The translations under genes and the position numbers were made by a program. The notes under the pieces are model-generated. The model did no database searches and was not told the origin of the DNA. It saw only the letters and a list, made by a program, of their open reading frames with translations. Source: Bigelowiella natans CCMP2755 (Eukaryota; Protista; Cercozoa). From it: a stretch of 39,562 nt of DNA. Location: the NCBI GenBank assembly GCA_000320545.1, contig ADNK01002738.1, positions 1-39,562 on the forward strand, in the 5' to 3' direction. Numbering within the stretch: position 1 is the stretch's first letter; the number at the start of each line of letters is the position of its first letter. Of this stretch, positions 36,181 through 39,562 are shown in pieces.

Positions 36181-36191
36181 CCGCCATCCAG

Positions 36192-36739
36192 ATGGTAGCC
36201 GACCTGGGCCGATCAACGGTTCCCTGCCTTCTCTTGCTTCTCTTGCTCCGTCCCCTCTGCTTTTTGGCCCTTCCTCGAGATGGGACAGAGGTGGATGATC
36301 CATACTTCCAGGCCAATCAGGAGCTAGATGCTGAGATCGAAGCTTTACAGGTATGTCCACGTATTCGTTCCTGCCACCGCGACTCCAGAGGTCTGGAGAT
36401 GCAGATTCAAAGAATATAATAATGGCGGCATATTACCAATATTACCAATATTATCATTATCATCAGTATATGGACTCATATGTACCTTGAAACAACCTAA
36501 TATTCATGTTCTGTAATCTTCTTATCTACCTTCAAGTCGCCCGAAGATTGCAGAAGCGCGCGGATCTTACTCGTCATGTGGGATGCTCCTGGTGGCCATT
36601 TTTTTTGAAAATAGAGCTCGAAAGGAAGCGATAAATAATAGCAGTTGTTAGTGTTGGCTAGCAGCAAAAAGTGATTGGACTAGGACTCTTGTAGAGACCA
36701 ACACAACACAACGCGATAGCAACTTCTCGTTATTCATCG

Positions 36740-36777
<38 letters not shown>

Positions 36778-38330
36778 TTTCTTCATGATCACCAACAATT
36801 TTTTCTTCGCACGTGCAGGTGACGGTTTAGGCTCGTTTATCCACACTGCTAGCTCCGCTCTTGCCGAAGGGTCCGACCCCGATATGTTCGAAAATGTCCC
36901 ACCCTCTTTTTAGCTGCGAGGAGGTTGATATAAATAATATATGGCGAACCGTGCGTGCTGGTATAGGTACTACTCGAATCGTACTGTTATATGGGCTCCG
37001 CATCCTCTCTCTCTTAAGACAAGATATGCTTGCCCTAAGGAGCATCAGTGGTAAGAAATTGCTGCCTTTTAATTGACGCTTGAGCCTATTCTTCTCCTGT
37101 TTTCGGATAATGGGACACGGTATTGGAGGATGATAACAGAAAAACGAAAACTGTTCTAGTAGCCAATACGTCTGTATTTATAGTCCCGTCTCAGCTCGAT
37201 GAAACGACGATTGTTAGTAGTTTTCACATAAGAAATGCTATCGTGCAACCCACAAGACATTCGGACTATCGCTTCTCTGAAACGATTTAAAATGTGTTGC
37301 TGCAGGCGGTGTTTCTTCCTCCCCCTCTCCGACACGTGTCGCTTTGAGGATCTTACGACTCAAGATGTAACGGTACTACAACAACCACACATTATTTTAA
37401 AGGAGCAGGGGACAAACAAAACCAATAAACCTCTTGCATATTGCTGCAAAGATAGCATTACGAATTTACGATTGTATGTATACAGTTATATAACTATTAT
37501 TAGGTATATTTGTACTATAAGCTGTCATCAACCCAAGCATTCATTTTCATTTCGTTTTCGTGGCGTAGTGCGCATGGGAGGTTTTGCATGAAGTTTTGTG
37601 GTGTGTGTGAGTTTTTGGATCATCTAACCCTCCCCCACACAAATCTCGTACTGGTCTAATCTGTTTCCTCCTTACAAAGCACACTACTTCAACGATTACT
37701 GCTGCTGTGTTTCTTCTACAGGATGCTTATCGCTATGGATTCTTGGACACTTCACGTATCAAATACGCGACACAGAATAGAGGCAACACGGTCGCCCCCC
37801 CTCTCCCCCCAAATCTCATACACACCTCCCTCTTCTCCCTCTATGTTAATGCTCTCCTGTTCGTGAGCGTATCACTATACTTTTAGGGCGTGCAGACCTC
37901 AATGCTCTTCTTAGTGTGCTGCATTCATTTTTATGAGAGTTGCCTTTTGCTTGCCCTCCAGGCCTTTTACATCCCCCCCCCCAAATACAGACACTTACCA
38001 GACCCTCGGAGGTAGCTGGCAGAAAGGAGAGAACAAATATAATGACGCACATGTTTATGTGTCATAAGTAAATAGACTCAATATAAATGCATGAGTGTGA
38101 TTTGCATCGTAGCTCTTGACACCACAGCGCGAGTAGGCAAGACCGGAAGCGCATCATCATTAGTGTGGACATTTTCTCAATACTCTAGCCTTGCATTATT
38201 ATTTTTATAATGATCTCCTTTTTCACACCGCAGATGGTGGGCAGCAAAGATTCTCAACCGCACCGTTCGCGTGCGACCTGAATTGGCAAGACATTTGAAG
38301 GTTAGCAGCCGTTGCAAGCTATCTCTCTCC

Positions 38331-38376
<46 letters not shown>

Positions 38377-39023
38377 TTCTTCTTTCTCTATCTCTTTTCT
38401 CTTTGGAATACACTTCTACTAGAACACCTTCTCCTTTTCTAAATTTTAATGCGTCGCCATCGCAGCGGTCCTGCAGTCGATTTCTGTATGCCACAACAAA
38501 GAAAAGATCAGAAGAAGAAGAAGAAGAAGAAGAAGAAGAAGAAGAATTCATTCGTGAAGGCCTTTCTGGCCCCCCAGAATGAAATTAGCTGATTTATCGT
38601 CGTCTTCGACGTCGTTGCTATTATTGTTGGTATTGCTATTCTTGTTGGTATTGCTATTAATGTTGGTGTTGGTGGTGTTCGTCTTGTGGCGAAACAACAA
38701 CAACACAGAAAATCCAGGAGAACCTGAAATGGGAGGAGAAGAGGCCAATCATCGGAGCTCATATACGGTAGTAGTAGTAGCGAGTATCATTCATACACAA
38801 ACACGAATACTTATCACTGATCTATACGAAATCCACACGCACACACTAAACACACACACACACCTATCATCATCCTTTAGGCATGGAGACTCAATTGTGC
38901 TGCAAAAGCCGCAAGTCCCTTTCCGGAAATACGCCTTCGCTATCAATGCAATTAGGGAGGAATACCCAGAGTACGCGCCTAACAGATACCACACGCACAA
39001 AGACCCACACATACACGCACAAA

Positions 39024-39071
<48 letters not shown>

Positions 39072-39387
39072 TATATACGCTGATGTGAGCGTCCTGCTTC
39101 ATTGTTCCAACCATCATCAGGGCCAGCATAGTGTGGATATCATCCGACGATGACGCTGTTGCGGATATGAAAAGAAGCCATCTCACGGAAGAAAATGGGT
39201 GTGTTAGATGAGTGCGTGTGTGTGCTTGTGTGTGCTATTGCTGCAGCAGCGAAATGTACACACAAGCTAACCCCCTCGCCCCGCCCCGCCCCACCCCGCC
39301 CCGCCCCTTCCTCTTCACTCTCTCTCTTTCTCTCCCTCTCTCTCTCTCTCACTTATCCCCACGAAAACCCAAGTGCTGAATCGATAC

Positions 39388-39425
<38 letters not shown>

Positions 39426-39562
39426 GGGGGGGGGGGGGGGGCGGGGTGGGGCGAGGCGTGGAGCGCGTGTCAAAAGTGTGTAAGTCTATAAATGCGTTAA
39501 AAAATCTAACGTACATCTCTCAACCACGGCTTCATTAAGAGAAAGACATCATAACGTGTGAT
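36192..39562 (+). CDS. GT23 / FUT8-NodZ-like fucosyltransferase, multi-exon, runs off right edge
   Basis: Hydrophobic N-terminus. Spliced motifs GDGLGSFIH, YYSNRTVIW, WWAAKILNRTVRVRPEL, KRPIIGAHIR|HGD, IVWISSDD parallel FUT8 GYGCQLH, YGTQRTLIL, WWVSQF..IRPQP, PVIGVHVRRTD, VYLATDD. Confidence 0.75.

Noticed and set aside
1-39562. Functional cluster of surface/glycan genes (lectin, TSP1 protein, fucosyltransferase)
   Set aside because: They are interspersed with unrelated housekeeping genes, with no evidence of co-regulation.

Overview
Gene-dense, intron-rich eukaryotic nuclear DNA from a protist. Short GT-AG introns are packed with (CA)n/(TA)n/(GA)n microsatellites. The beta-tubulin is reminiscent of Rhizaria/chlorarachniophytes (inference only). 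By splicing exons by eye I recover about 12 genes: an unknown type II membrane protein (-, runs off the left edge), L-type lectin (+), EF-hand protein (-), HTTM-domain membrane protein (+), PPR protein (-), OHCU decarboxylase (+), ankyrin protein (-), secreted SPRY/EF-hand/TSP1 protein (+), an unknown multi-exon gene (-), a Rac-type GTPase (-), beta-tubulin (+, with a 1-nt frameshift) and a GT23/FUT8-like fucosyltransferase (+, runs off the right edge). There is also a 491-bp tandem duplication and a decayed hAT transposase. The most striking signal is non-genic: six repeat-like islands, four of them filling every convergent intergenic gap. In the strongest ones TpA is almost eliminated (replaced by CpA/TpG) except inside CTAG, and in all of them short TA-centred palindromic insertions accumulate while CpG is retained. 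This looks like a repeat-targeted T>C/A>G hypermutation process, the opposite direction of fungal RIP. Exon boundaries and counts are manual and approximate.
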